Below, piece by piece: positions 31,046 through 38,468 of a DNA stretch of 64,000 bases. The position numbers and the translations under genes were made by a program. Source of the DNA: an uncultured Flavobacteriales bacterium (GTDB lineage: Bacteria; Bacteroidota; Bacteroidia; Flavobacteriales_D; Crocinitomicaceae); assembly GCA_964389755.1 (NCBI GenBank), contig CAYMEW010000015.1, positions 2,002 through 66,001 on the forward strand, in the 5' to 3' direction. The notes under the pieces are model-generated. The model made no database searches. It was not told the DNA's origin and worked only from the letters and a program-made list of their open reading frames with translations. Numbering within the stretch: position 1 is the stretch's first letter; every line of letters starts with the position of its first letter.

Positions 31046-31065
31046 TAGCCGTTTCTTAACGGTTA
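31046..31065. repeat. 20-nt hairpin motif copy (TAGCCGTTTCTTAACGGTTA)
   Basis: Identical 20-mer at 62897-62916. Here it sits 8 nt after the VOC stop, at the junction with the HMG-CoA reductase fragment. Confidence 0.85.
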
Positions 31066-31074
31066 TCAGAAATA

Positions 31075-31336
31075 ACTCCAGGGTTCCGGCCACGCAATAA
31101 ACGGATTCAATAGTACCTTCTTTTTGCATGTAAAGCGGACCGACCAGTCCGAGCGGAATCTCAACCGAGCCCACAAAGGATTCGATGTTGTGTTGCAAAT
31201 CATAATGATTGAGGCCTGTTTTACGGATCTCACTGCAATTCAGGTCCAGTTTCGCAAGATGTTCGAGTCGCAGGTCAATTCCTTTTTGTGTAACCAGCCC
31301 GCGGCCCGGCACTGTACCGTATTTCTCCTGTTCCAT
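31075..31336 (-). pseudogene. 5' fragment of an HMG-CoA reductase-like gene
   Basis: MEQEKYGTVPGRGLVTQKGIDLRLEHL...NIESFVGSVEIPLGLVGPL resembles the N-terminal region of HMG-CoA reductases. Similarity is lost after about 88 codons and the frame runs into the VOC gene. Confidence 0.5.
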
Positions 31337-31422
31337 AGTGGTAATTATGGTTTAAGGTTTTAACGAAAATAGGAATTCTTTCCGAATGCTTTTCGTTAAT
31401 AACACGCGAGTTTTTGCACGAT

Positions 31423-31500
31423 ATGGAGAGAGTCATCGTCCGTTGATCGCCTGGTTCAAAGATCCTGCGGGAAATATTCGTTCAATACTGGAAGATTAGT
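31423..31500 (+). pseudogene. Remnant 3' end of a second VOC-family gene
   Basis: Reads ...[25 protein letters not shown]. Positions 31445-31479 are a perfect 35-nt copy of 30977-31011 in the intact VOC gene. No upstream coding part is present. Confidence 0.6.
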
Positions 31501-31501
31501 A

Positions 31502-31532
31502 GAAAAGAGCACCCTGGTCGAATGCTCTTTTC
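31502..31532. terminator. Perfect 10-bp stem hairpin between convergent units
   Basis: gaaaagagca-(11 nt)-tgctcttttc. Lies between the VOC remnant stop and the stop of the minus-strand lectin gene. Confidence 0.5.
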
Positions 31533-31537
31533 AAAGT

Positions 31538-32572
31538 TTATTGCGCCACGCTCCAGTTCATTACAAAAATGCTGTCGTTGTTGTCCTGGTCGTCACCATT
31601 TTCGGTTTTGATTGTAACCGTAACATAAGGACCGTTCTGTGCAATTACCGGATCATTTACAGTGGGTTGCTTAAACGGACCGTCCGGGCCATCCGTGGAA
31701 TAGCGGAAAGTAAGAGACGCCGAAGCGGCCGTTTTGGAGTTTACCGTGACGAGCGATTGCCCGTTGCTTTTCAGAGAAACGTTTTCCCCGGTTCCGGAAA
31801 ACACGATCGGGTCGTATCCTTCAATGGCCACTGAAACGGTTTCATAGGCTTCCGAATAAGAGGTTCCTGAAAGTGAGATCATCGTATTTTGCGGGATTTC
31901 AATAACGGTAGCGTCATTGAATACACCGGGACTTATATAATTTACGCTGCCAACCGGTGATGCATTGTTCTTTACAGGAGAACTGTCGTTCCCGTTTTGG
32001 GCGTCAAAGGTGAAATACCCTACCAGTCCGGATTCATTTCCGCTTAATGGCTGGTTCATCGTCGACTGGATTTGTTCCTGCGAAAGCGCCTTGTTCCAGA
32101 TCCGTACTTCATCAAGCTGTCCGGAAAACTGGTTGAACTGCTCTTGTTGCTGTGCCACCGCACCGATGAAAAGAGCAATGGAATTGTTGACATCAATCGG
32201 AGGATTCATGTTGTTCCGAACACTGGACGGAACCGGGGCGCCATCCAGGTAGATCGTTAACTGGCTGGATTGTCTTACACCCGTCAGGAAATGCCAGTTT
32301 CCGTCCCGGATCGCAGTTGCCTGTGTATCGATTTCATAGAAACCGGATCCGTTGTCGGTAGCCAGTTTGATGCTTCCGTCCGATTTGATGACCAGCAGGA
32401 ATCCGCCCCAACCGCTTCCGCCCTGCGTGGATTTTCGGGAGATAACGGTGCCGGAAGCAGTGGTTTTTACCCAGCACTGAAGTGTAAAATCACCGGTACC
32501 GAAATTGTAGGCATTGTTAGACGGTGCCGAGAGGTAGGAAGGATTTCCTGAAAGATTTAATGCATAACTCAT
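31538..32572 (-). CDS. LamG (concanavalin-A-like) domain fused to a PA-IIL/LecB-like calcium-dependent fucose-lectin domain
   Basis: N-terminal half shows the Laminin_G_3 pattern (GDFTLQCWVK...LDEVRIWNKALSQEQI). The C-terminal ~115 aa align by eye with P. aeruginosa LecB (IPQNT.., FSGTGEN, TENGDDQDNNDSIFVMNW versus SEDGTDNDYNDAVVVINW). Confidence 0.65.
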   Translation of the reverse strand: MSYALNLSGNPSYLSAPSNNAYNFGTGDFTLQCWVKTTASGTVISRKSTQGGSGWGGFLLVIKSDGSIKLATDNGSGFYEIDTQATAIRDGNWHFLTGVRQSSQLTIYLDGAPVPSSVRNNMNPPIDVNNSIALFIGAVAQQQEQFNQFSGQLDEVRIWNKALSQEQIQSTMNQPLSGNESGLVGYFTFDAQNGNDSSPVKNNASPVGSVNYISPGVFNDATVIEIPQNTMISLSGTSYSEAYETVSVAIEGYDPIVFSGTGENVSLKSNGQSLVTVNSKTAASASLTFRYSTDGPDGPFKQPTVNDPVIAQNGPYVTVTIKTENGDDQDNNDSIFVMNWSVAQ

Positions 32573-32616
32573 ACATCTTGTTTTTTGAAGTGAATATTAA
32601 GGGTTAACTGTTTGTG

Positions 32617-33624
32617 TTATTGTCCGCAGGATTTTGCAGGAGCCTGGAGTACGGTTTCAAAACGCACTCCTTCCGAGGCCTTGAAGCCCGGGTTTAACGT
32701 GATCTTGTCGGCACATTGAAATAGTACGTTTGCCGAATCCGTGATGACATACGTGTTGCCCGTACTTAGCGTCTTTTCGGCTGTTGCCAGGGCGATATTA
32801 CTCCGGTCTACCGTATCGCGTAGCTGAAACTGATTTTCGGGCACACTTTGAAACGAACCGATCAGTGCTGCATTTTGATTAAGTACACGCACGTTGTCGT
32901 TGACGCCGGGTAAGCCAAGTGCCACGCCGTAATATGTAAGGTCGGGACTGGAAAAATAAGGAATGATATTACACGGGTCGGGAAGGCTGTCTTCCGGGCC
33001 GTCCGTATCTCCACGACAAAAATCATCGTCGTCTACCCCGAGTATCGTGCTGAAAAAAGCACACTCGTTAAATACCCAGTCGAAACCATGGCCGTAGGAG
33101 TAAACGGATCCGGAGTTTCCCGCTCTTGAATTATAGGCATGTGCGCATCCATACAGGTGGGCAACCTGGTGGCTGAAGGCAAAATTATTCAGCATGCAGT
33201 AAAAGTTAACCGCGCAATAAGCCGTTTCGGATGTCGCCAGTGTATTATCCAGGTAAGGCAAACCGCAGAATTCGTCGTTCGCGAGAACAATAACAGCAAC
33301 GTCCGCGTGATACCGCTCCCGCAAACTGTCAATGTAGCTACTGGATTGAAACGCATTCAGGTCGTTCGCAAAACAATATGTTTCGTCTTCCGGTAGCAGT
33401 ACCGTTCGCACCAGGACGGATTGCTGTTGGACATTGCTGTACACGTAGATCGTATTCATACTGTTGACAGCATCAACGATCGCGCCGGTTATTTTGCTGT
33501 CACTTCCGAGACTGTCGGCAGCGTCCTGTGAGTAGGCGACCAGGATATTTACATGACAATCCTGGGCGCTGGCCTGGCAAACTGCGATGATGCAAGGTAT
33601 AATCAACTGGAATAGTTTTTTCAT
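32617..33624 (-). CDS. Secreted reprolysin-like (M12B-type) metalloprotease homolog with an HQxxH motif and a C-terminal 3-coathanger-like domain
   Basis: Signal peptide. SHQVAHLYGCAH occupies the HExxHxxGxxH position with Gln for the catalytic Glu. C-terminus ITLNPGFKASEGVRFE. Confidence 0.6.
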   Translation of the reverse strand: MKKLFQLIIPCIIAVCQASAQDCHVNILVAYSQDAADSLGSDSKITGAIVDAVNSMNTIYVYSNVQQQSVLVRTVLLPEDETYCFANDLNAFQSSSYIDSLRERYHADVAVIVLANDEFCGLPYLDNTLATSETAYCAVNFYCMLNNFAFSHQVAHLYGCAHAYNSRAGNSGSVYSYGHGFDWVFNECAFFSTILGVDDDDFCRGDTDGPEDSLPDPCNIIPYFSSPDLTYYGVALGLPGVNDNVRVLNQNAALIGSFQSVPENQFQLRDTVDRSNIALATAEKTLSTGNTYVITDSANVLFQCADKITLNPGFKASEGVRFETVLQAPAKSCGQ

Positions 33625-33637
33625 AATTCCGATTTAT

Positions 33638-35098
33638 TTATTCTCCGTGGCAAAAAATGGATTTAGTGAGGGTAGTCCCTTCGTACCATTCGTATTGTAG
33701 CGTATAATAGCTGCGTTGTGCAATTGGGAAACCATTGTTAACAGGTGCGACTTTCAGGACGATATCCCCCAGTTGAATAGGAACGGCGGCTGCATCAAAT
33801 AAAAACAGAGAGTCGCCGTTGGCCATTACATGCGTTTCCAGTGTGTCGGCGAGGTTCACGGGGCGGTCGGTAGCGACCCAGCTTACACTTCCGGAGGTAT
33901 TTCCCTGCCGGGTATTGATATTCCGATACTGGAAATGGAGTTCAGTCATCAGAAACAAGATCGTACTGTCGTGGTTGAGGGAATCCAAATTCCAGTTCGT
34001 ACCCTGTATCCGGTCAATGATTTCCTGGGTCGGATGTCCGAATGTAGCCTGGCTTCCTGCGGAAATAGCGATAAATGAACTACGCAGGGTATCTAGAAAA
34101 GACTGGTTGGTACTGCAACAACTTCCGTGGTGACTGATTTTCTGAGTACAGACATGGCCGTGTGCGGAAACAGGCTGTTGGTAGATGATGGAAAAAGCCT
34201 CGCTGATCGGTGTTTCGATGTCAAAATAATTGGAAGAACAGCTTGTGCATGTTCCGTAAGAACCATTATATCCGCCCACATCTCCAGCCGTGTACCAGCG
34301 AAATGCGCCGTACTCGAGCACCCATCCGATCCCCCAGTTGTTCGGGTTTTTACGGCGTGTACGTAAATTAATTTTCCAAAGATCTTTCAACGTGTCAGCT
34401 ACATTATAAGTATTGTCCGGTGCTCCCGGATAATAGACTTTCGAGTCTGCAAGTATCAATCGGAGTCGCACGGGAGTTCCGTTGGCGTCGGCGCCAAGAT
34501 CTACGTAGCCGCCGAGAGACAGGTTTTGGGTCACCGGCAGGGGAGGAGGATATACGCCCGAAGGTGAAATGGTATTGACGGCAAACGGGTTTCCGGCAGT
34601 TGTCGTTCCAACGGCGATACGCCTGTTCCCTGCCAGCGATTTGTAATGATCGTATAAATCCGTCCCGGAAGTCGGTAGGTTATTTCCTTTATCGAGCACT
34701 GTATAAAAACTGACGTGTGCTGTGTCTCCCAAAACACCGGTATAAACCTCTCCGCATTTTCTTTTTTTATTACCGATTTTCGTGTAAAGCGATTCTTTTT
34801 GTCCGACAAGCCCGCCAATGTGATCACTGTGGTAGTGTGAGGCAATCACATAATCGAGGTAAATCTTCCCACCCGCATGTTTGGCGTGTGTGTCGAGGTA
34901 TTCGATGACATTTTTATTTTGGTTGGTTTCACCGGCATCGAGCAGGATCGAATACTGGATTCCTCCCGTATTATTCATAATATTAATAAGTGCGGCATCT
35001 CCCGTTCCGACGTCGATCTGGTGGATCTCAATTTTCGATTGAGCGGAGACGGTTTGAACGAGCGCAAAGCATACTAGTGCGCGGATGTATCTTTTCAT
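33638..35098 (-). CDS. Secreted MBL-fold (ComEC/Rec2-type beta-lactamase-like) protein
   Basis: Signal peptide. IDVGTGDAALI, ASHYHSDHIGGL (HxHxDH). Confidence 0.7.
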   Translation of the reverse strand: MKRYIRALVCFALVQTVSAQSKIEIHQIDVGTGDAALINIMNNTGGIQYSILLDAGETNQNKNVIEYLDTHAKHAGGKIYLDYVIASHYHSDHIGGLVGQKESLYTKIGNKKRKCGEVYTGVLGDTAHVSFYTVLDKGNNLPTSGTDLYDHYKSLAGNRRIAVGTTTAGNPFAVNTISPSGVYPPPLPVTQNLSLGGYVDLGADANGTPVRLRLILADSKVYYPGAPDNTYNVADTLKDLWKINLRTRRKNPNNWGIGWVLEYGAFRWYTAGDVGGYNGSYGTCTSCSSNYFDIETPISEAFSIIYQQPVSAHGHVCTQKISHHGSCCSTNQSFLDTLRSSFIAISAGSQATFGHPTQEIIDRIQGTNWNLDSLNHDSTILFLMTELHFQYRNINTRQGNTSGSVSWVATDRPVNLADTLETHVMANGDSLFLFDAAAVPIQLGDIVLKVAPVNNGFPIAQRSYYTLQYEWYEGTTLTKSIFCHGE

Positions 35099-37455
35099 TT
35101 TTGCGAGTTTGAATTGTTTTCGAGTTCCGAAAGGCGTTGACGCAATGCTTCGTTCTCTTTTGAAAGCCTGATCATATACAACGTCAGTTCCTCGATTTTT
35201 TCCATCATTTTGACTTCCATTTCCGCTACGTCAAGTCCGGAATTTTCTACTTCCGAGGCGGCAGGAATGTTTGGAAGGTGCCCGTTTTGCTGAATGAACT
35301 GTTCGACTTCCGAAAGGGGTACGAGAACATAATTTTCAGAGAAAACATAGTCTGCCCAACCCGATTCCACGATGATCTTTTTGGCGCGGATCCCTCCGTT
35401 CACGAGCAGGCGGTAGGTCGTATCAAAACTTTTTGTTCCGATTCCGACACTGCCGTTGTTACTGATGAAAAAGGCGCTGTCTGCCGAATTCGTGCTTCCG
35501 TTTTGAACCTGGAATCGCGCGGACGGATTTGCCGTACCCACACCGATATTTCCGGGTACGAGGGTGTACATGATACTATCACCGTTTAAAGTGTCCAGTA
35601 TCCAGGTTTCGGACGGTACTTTAAAAGTGGCAGGTGTCCATTGATCCCCGATCCACTGTAATACCTGTCCTTCTCCTGGCACCGAGTCGGCGATGGCTTT
35701 TCCGTTGAGTTTGTTTGCGTTCCAGATTGCGGAGTCGCTTTGTGCACTAAAGAGCGAATCACCTGTCAGCAGGAGTCCGTTACCGGCTGCATATTTCAGA
35801 GGTGTTTGTGCTTTCCATTGTGAGCCGTCCCATTGTAACACCTGTCCGGAAACCGGTGCCCCGGAAGATACCGGAGATCCCTGTATTTTGCTGACGGTAG
35901 GATTCGGATATTTTCCGCTGAGATCGCCACCAGCACTTCCGTTTGCGGCATCTACTGCACGTTGGGCTGCGGCTACGGCGGTATCCTTTGCAACCTCGGC
36001 CTGTGTTGCGTAGTTTTCGGCTTCCGTAACGGATTCTGCTGCTTCGGTAGCGGATTCGGTTGCTTCTGTAGCCGCTTCCGTGGCTTCTGTTGCAGATGCC
36101 GAGGCTTCCGTTGCTGCTCCCGTCGCTTCTGCGGCAGCCCCGGTCGCTTCTGCTGCAGCGCCTGTTGCTTCCACTGCGGCGGCTGTTGCCTCTGCGGCGG
36201 CACCGGTTGCCTCGGCTGCCGCTCCTGTCGCTTCCGCAGCTGCTGCTGTCGCTTCTGCCGCCGAAGCAAGTGCCGCAGCTGCTGAGGCCGCCGCGGCTAC
36301 TGAGCATTCGCATTCTCCTTCCGGACCTTCCGGACCTTGTGGCCCTTGTGGTCCCTGAGGACCTTCGGGACCCTGTGCACCCTGCGGGCCACGTATATTT
36401 TCTGTGAGTGTCCAGCTATTGTTTGTTTTCTGGTAAACATTGGCAGAAAGCGTGTCGAGAAAAAGATCATTGTCAGAACCGAGTGAGGTAGCCGGGGTGC
36501 CGCTTCCGGTATACCATACGGATCCGTTTGCCCCGGCCGGTCCCTGCGGGCCTTCAGGTCCTTGCGGTCCCGCATCCCCCTGCAGTCCGCGAATATTTTC
36601 AGTAAGTGCCCATATATTGTTGTTTTTCTGATAGACATTTGCAGAAAGTGTATCGAGGAAGAGATCACTGTTAACGCCCAGCGCCGCATCCGGGGAGCCG
36701 CTTCCGGTATACCAAACGGATCCGTTCCTTCCCGCCGGCCCCTGTGGTCCTGCTTCGCCTTGCTGGCCTGCTGGTCCTTGCGGCCCGGGAGGTCCGACGA
36801 GTCCGCTTGTATCCCCGACCCACTGGCCGGAGGCCGAAATTACGGACGAACCGTTTATCGCGATGTTGCCGTTTACATCCAGTTTTGAATTCGGAGTGGC
36901 TGTTCCGATTCCTACATTTCCACCATTATAGTAGAGGTTCGTACCGTTTAGCGTCCAGTATTGCTCCGTTCCGCCCACCACAACCACGGCAATCGCGCCG
37001 TCATACTGATTGTTGAAAGGCGGTTTGTAACCTTCCGTGATGTAATAAATACCTTCCGTTGCCGGTACCGAAAAACCGGTTTGAAATGTTCCGTTTGCCG
37101 GGATGGAACTTCCTGAAAAAAACGACTTGATCTGTTGGCCGCCGAATGAAACAGACCAGGTTGTATATCCAATCGTGCAGGGCTGATTATTCGTTGCGCT
37201 GATCGCATAATCAAAGGAGATACTTATCGAATCTCCCGGCTGAGCGCCAAACCAGGAATTTCCGCCTCCGTTGACGCGAACGTTCGTAAAGGTCACGTTG
37301 TAATCACAGGCCTGGTACACGCTTACGGTTTCGGAAGTTACCGTGGTCGGAGGAATCAGTGTTTGCGCTTCGAGGAAAGCCGGGAAAAAAAGTAGTCCGT
37401 AGCAGCATGCCAAACACGAAACGAATCTTTTTGGAATCGGGTTAATCTTTTTCAT
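35095..37455 (-). CDS. Collagen-like repeat / tail-fiber-domain protein
   Basis: 786 aa. Signal peptide, three G-X-Y blocks (GPPGPQGPAGQQGEAGPQGPAG...), an Ala/Glu/Thr heptad array, and a C-terminal WADYVF...HLPNIPAASEV...KIEELTLYMI module typical of tail-fiber/endosialidase-chaperone-like domains. Confidence 0.8.
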   Translation of the reverse strand: MKKINPIPKRFVSCLACCYGLLFFPAFLEAQTLIPPTTVTSETVSVYQACDYNVTFTNVRVNGGGNSWFGAQPGDSISISFDYAISATNNQPCTIGYTTWSVSFGGQQIKSFFSGSSIPANGTFQTGFSVPATEGIYYITEGYKPPFNNQYDGAIAVVVVGGTEQYWTLNGTNLYYNGGNVGIGTATPNSKLDVNGNIAINGSSVISASGQWVGDTSGLVGPPGPQGPAGQQGEAGPQGPAGRNGSVWYTGSGSPDAALGVNSDLFLDTLSANVYQKNNNIWALTENIRGLQGDAGPQGPEGPQGPAGANGSVWYTGSGTPATSLGSDNDLFLDTLSANVYQKTNNSWTLTENIRGPQGAQGPEGPQGPQGPQGPEGPEGECECSVAAAASAAAALASAAEATAAAAEATGAAAEATGAAAEATAAAVEATGAAAEATGAAAEATGAATEASASATEATEAATEATESATEAAESVTEAENYATQAEVAKDTAVAAAQRAVDAANGSAGGDLSGKYPNPTVSKIQGSPVSSGAPVSGQVLQWDGSQWKAQTPLKYAAGNGLLLTGDSLFSAQSDSAIWNANKLNGKAIADSVPGEGQVLQWIGDQWTPATFKVPSETWILDTLNGDSIMYTLVPGNIGVGTANPSARFQVQNGSTNSADSAFFISNNGSVGIGTKSFDTTYRLLVNGGIRAKKIIVESGWADYVFSENYVLVPLSEVEQFIQQNGHLPNIPAASEVENSGLDVAEMEVKMMEKIEELTLYMIRLSKENEALRQRLSELENNSNSQK
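36020..36300. repeat. Tandem 21-nt (7-aa EATGAAA-type) coding repeat inside the collagen-like gene
   Basis: Translated minus strand: AAEATAAAAEATGAAAEATGAAAEATAAAVEATGAAAEATGAAAEATGAATEASASATEATEAATEATESATEAAES. Confidence 0.85.
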
Positions 37456-37572
37456 AAACAGTAGTTATTCGGATAATTGCTATCCGATACAAAAGAAGTA
37501 CATCGCGATGGACGGCGAGCGCGTTAAACTACTGTTATCGTTAATCAGGTAGAAACACCTAAGGAAATAGCT

Positions 37573-37603
37573 AAAAAAAGAAAAGGAAGCCTTTTGAGCT
37601 TCC
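37573..37603 (-). terminator. Rho-independent terminator after the tRNA-Pro pair
   Basis: On the minus strand: GGAAGC-tcaaaag-GCTTCC followed by TTTTCTTTTTTT. Confidence 0.7.
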
Positions 37604-37606
37604 TTG

Positions 37607-37679
37607 TCGGGATGACTGGACTCGAACCAGCGACCCCCACGTCCCGAACGTGGTACGCTACCAACTGCGCTACATCCCG
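37607..37679 (-). tRNA. tRNA-Pro (anticodon CGG)
   Basis: Reverse complement CGGGATGTAGCGCAGTTGGTAGCGTACCACGTTCGGGACGTGGGGGTCGCTGGTTCGAGTCCAGTCATCCCGA folds as a cloverleaf. Anticodon loop TTCGGGA. Confidence 0.9.
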
Positions 37680-37685
37680 TTTTTG

Positions 37686-37758
37686 TCGGGGTGACTGGAT
37701 TCGAACCAGCGACCCCTAGCACCCCATGCTAGTACGCTACCAACTGCGCCACACCCCG
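37686..37758 (-). tRNA. tRNA-Pro (anticodon GGG)
   Basis: Reverse complement CGGGGTGTGGCGCAGTTGGTAGCGTACTAGCATGGGGTGCTAGGGGTCGCTGGTTCGAATCCAGTCACCCCGA. Anticodon loop ATGGGGT. Confidence 0.9.
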
Positions 37759-37768
37759 ATCGGGCCCG

Positions 37769-37776
37769 CAAAGTTA
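37769..37776 (-). promoter_or_regulatory. -7 box (TAACTTTG) for the tRNA-Pro pair
   Basis: The minus strand reads TAACTTTG 10 nt upstream of the first tRNA 5' end. Matches Bacteroidota TAnnTTTG. Confidence 0.55.
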
Positions 37777-37796
37777 ATATTATTGCAGAATTAAAA

Positions 37797-38468
37797 TTAC
37801 ATCGCCTTTGTTTTTTCCATTAGAAAATTCAATTCACGCTGAAGATTCCCACGAGCCGTATCCTCAAAGTTTTTGGAATAGAGTTCCGTAAGATAAATTC
37901 CTGGCCGGGACAACAACTTCTTTAAAACAGCGATACGTCCCGGAACGTACAGTGAATCAGAGTAAACGGCGTATTCCTTCCGGATTTGTTTGCTGTATGC
38001 ATCATATTTTTCCGGCGCCGCGCTTAAAATAGAAAGGTCGAAGTCCAACAACCAGCAGTTGTCCGAATCAGTATGATCGGACGGTTCGTGTTTTTGAGTA
38101 CTTCGGATCAGTTGCCCGATGCGTATTCGCTCATTTTCGGGAATGCCTGCTATTTGCAACTCCTGCTGAGCGAGTTCGGCACTTCGTTCTTCATTATCAG
38201 TACGCGTAACGTCATAAATGGCATCGTGATACCAGACAGACCACGCAATTATGTCCGCCCGTTTAAGTTGCGCTTCGTGCCTGCCAACGAGTTGTAGCAT
38301 ATCCGCGATGTGGTGTACATTATGGTAATATCTGTTTGGTTCCGAATACCGCGCAATCAGGTTTTCGAAAATTTCCATACCGCTCTCTCGTTTCCCGGTA
38401 AGGTCAGACCATTGTGTTCTTAGAAATTCAATTGGATGCATATACTTTAAATATCTCCAGGTTGTCAA
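37797..38468 (-). CDS. HD-superfamily metal-dependent phosphohydrolase (COG4339-like)
   Basis: RYYHNVHHI ... WYHDAIYD motifs. The start codon is uncertain (Met at 38468 or 38441). Confidence 0.65.
   Translation of the reverse strand: MTTWRYLKYMHPIEFLRTQWSDLTGKRESGMEIFENLIARYSEPNRYYHNVHHIADMLQLVGRHEAQLKRADIIAWSVWYHDAIYDVTRTDNEERSAELAQQELQIAGIPENERIRIGQLIRSTQKHEPSDHTDSDNCWLLDFDLSILSAAPEKYDAYSKQIRKEYAVYSDSLYVPGRIAVLKKLLSRPGIYLTELYSKNFEDTARGNLQRELNFLMEKTKAM

Noticed and set aside
35780-36407. Multiple overlapping 90-180-aa ORFs in both strands and a regular ~21-nt periodicity that could be taken for a CRISPR-like array
   Set aside because: All lie in the Ala/Gly/Pro coding repeats of the collagen-like gene. 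The units are contiguous with no unique spacers, and the frame encoding G-X-Y/EATGAAA is continuous with flanking conserved domains.
25200-37760. A single tRNA-Pro-integrated genomic island spanning the AT-rich array through the collagen/lectin operon
   Set aside because: There is no integrase and I could not find a direct repeat of the tRNA-Pro 3' end. Composition is heterogeneous (AT-rich array versus roughly genome-average operon). I therefore treated these as separate accessory blocks.
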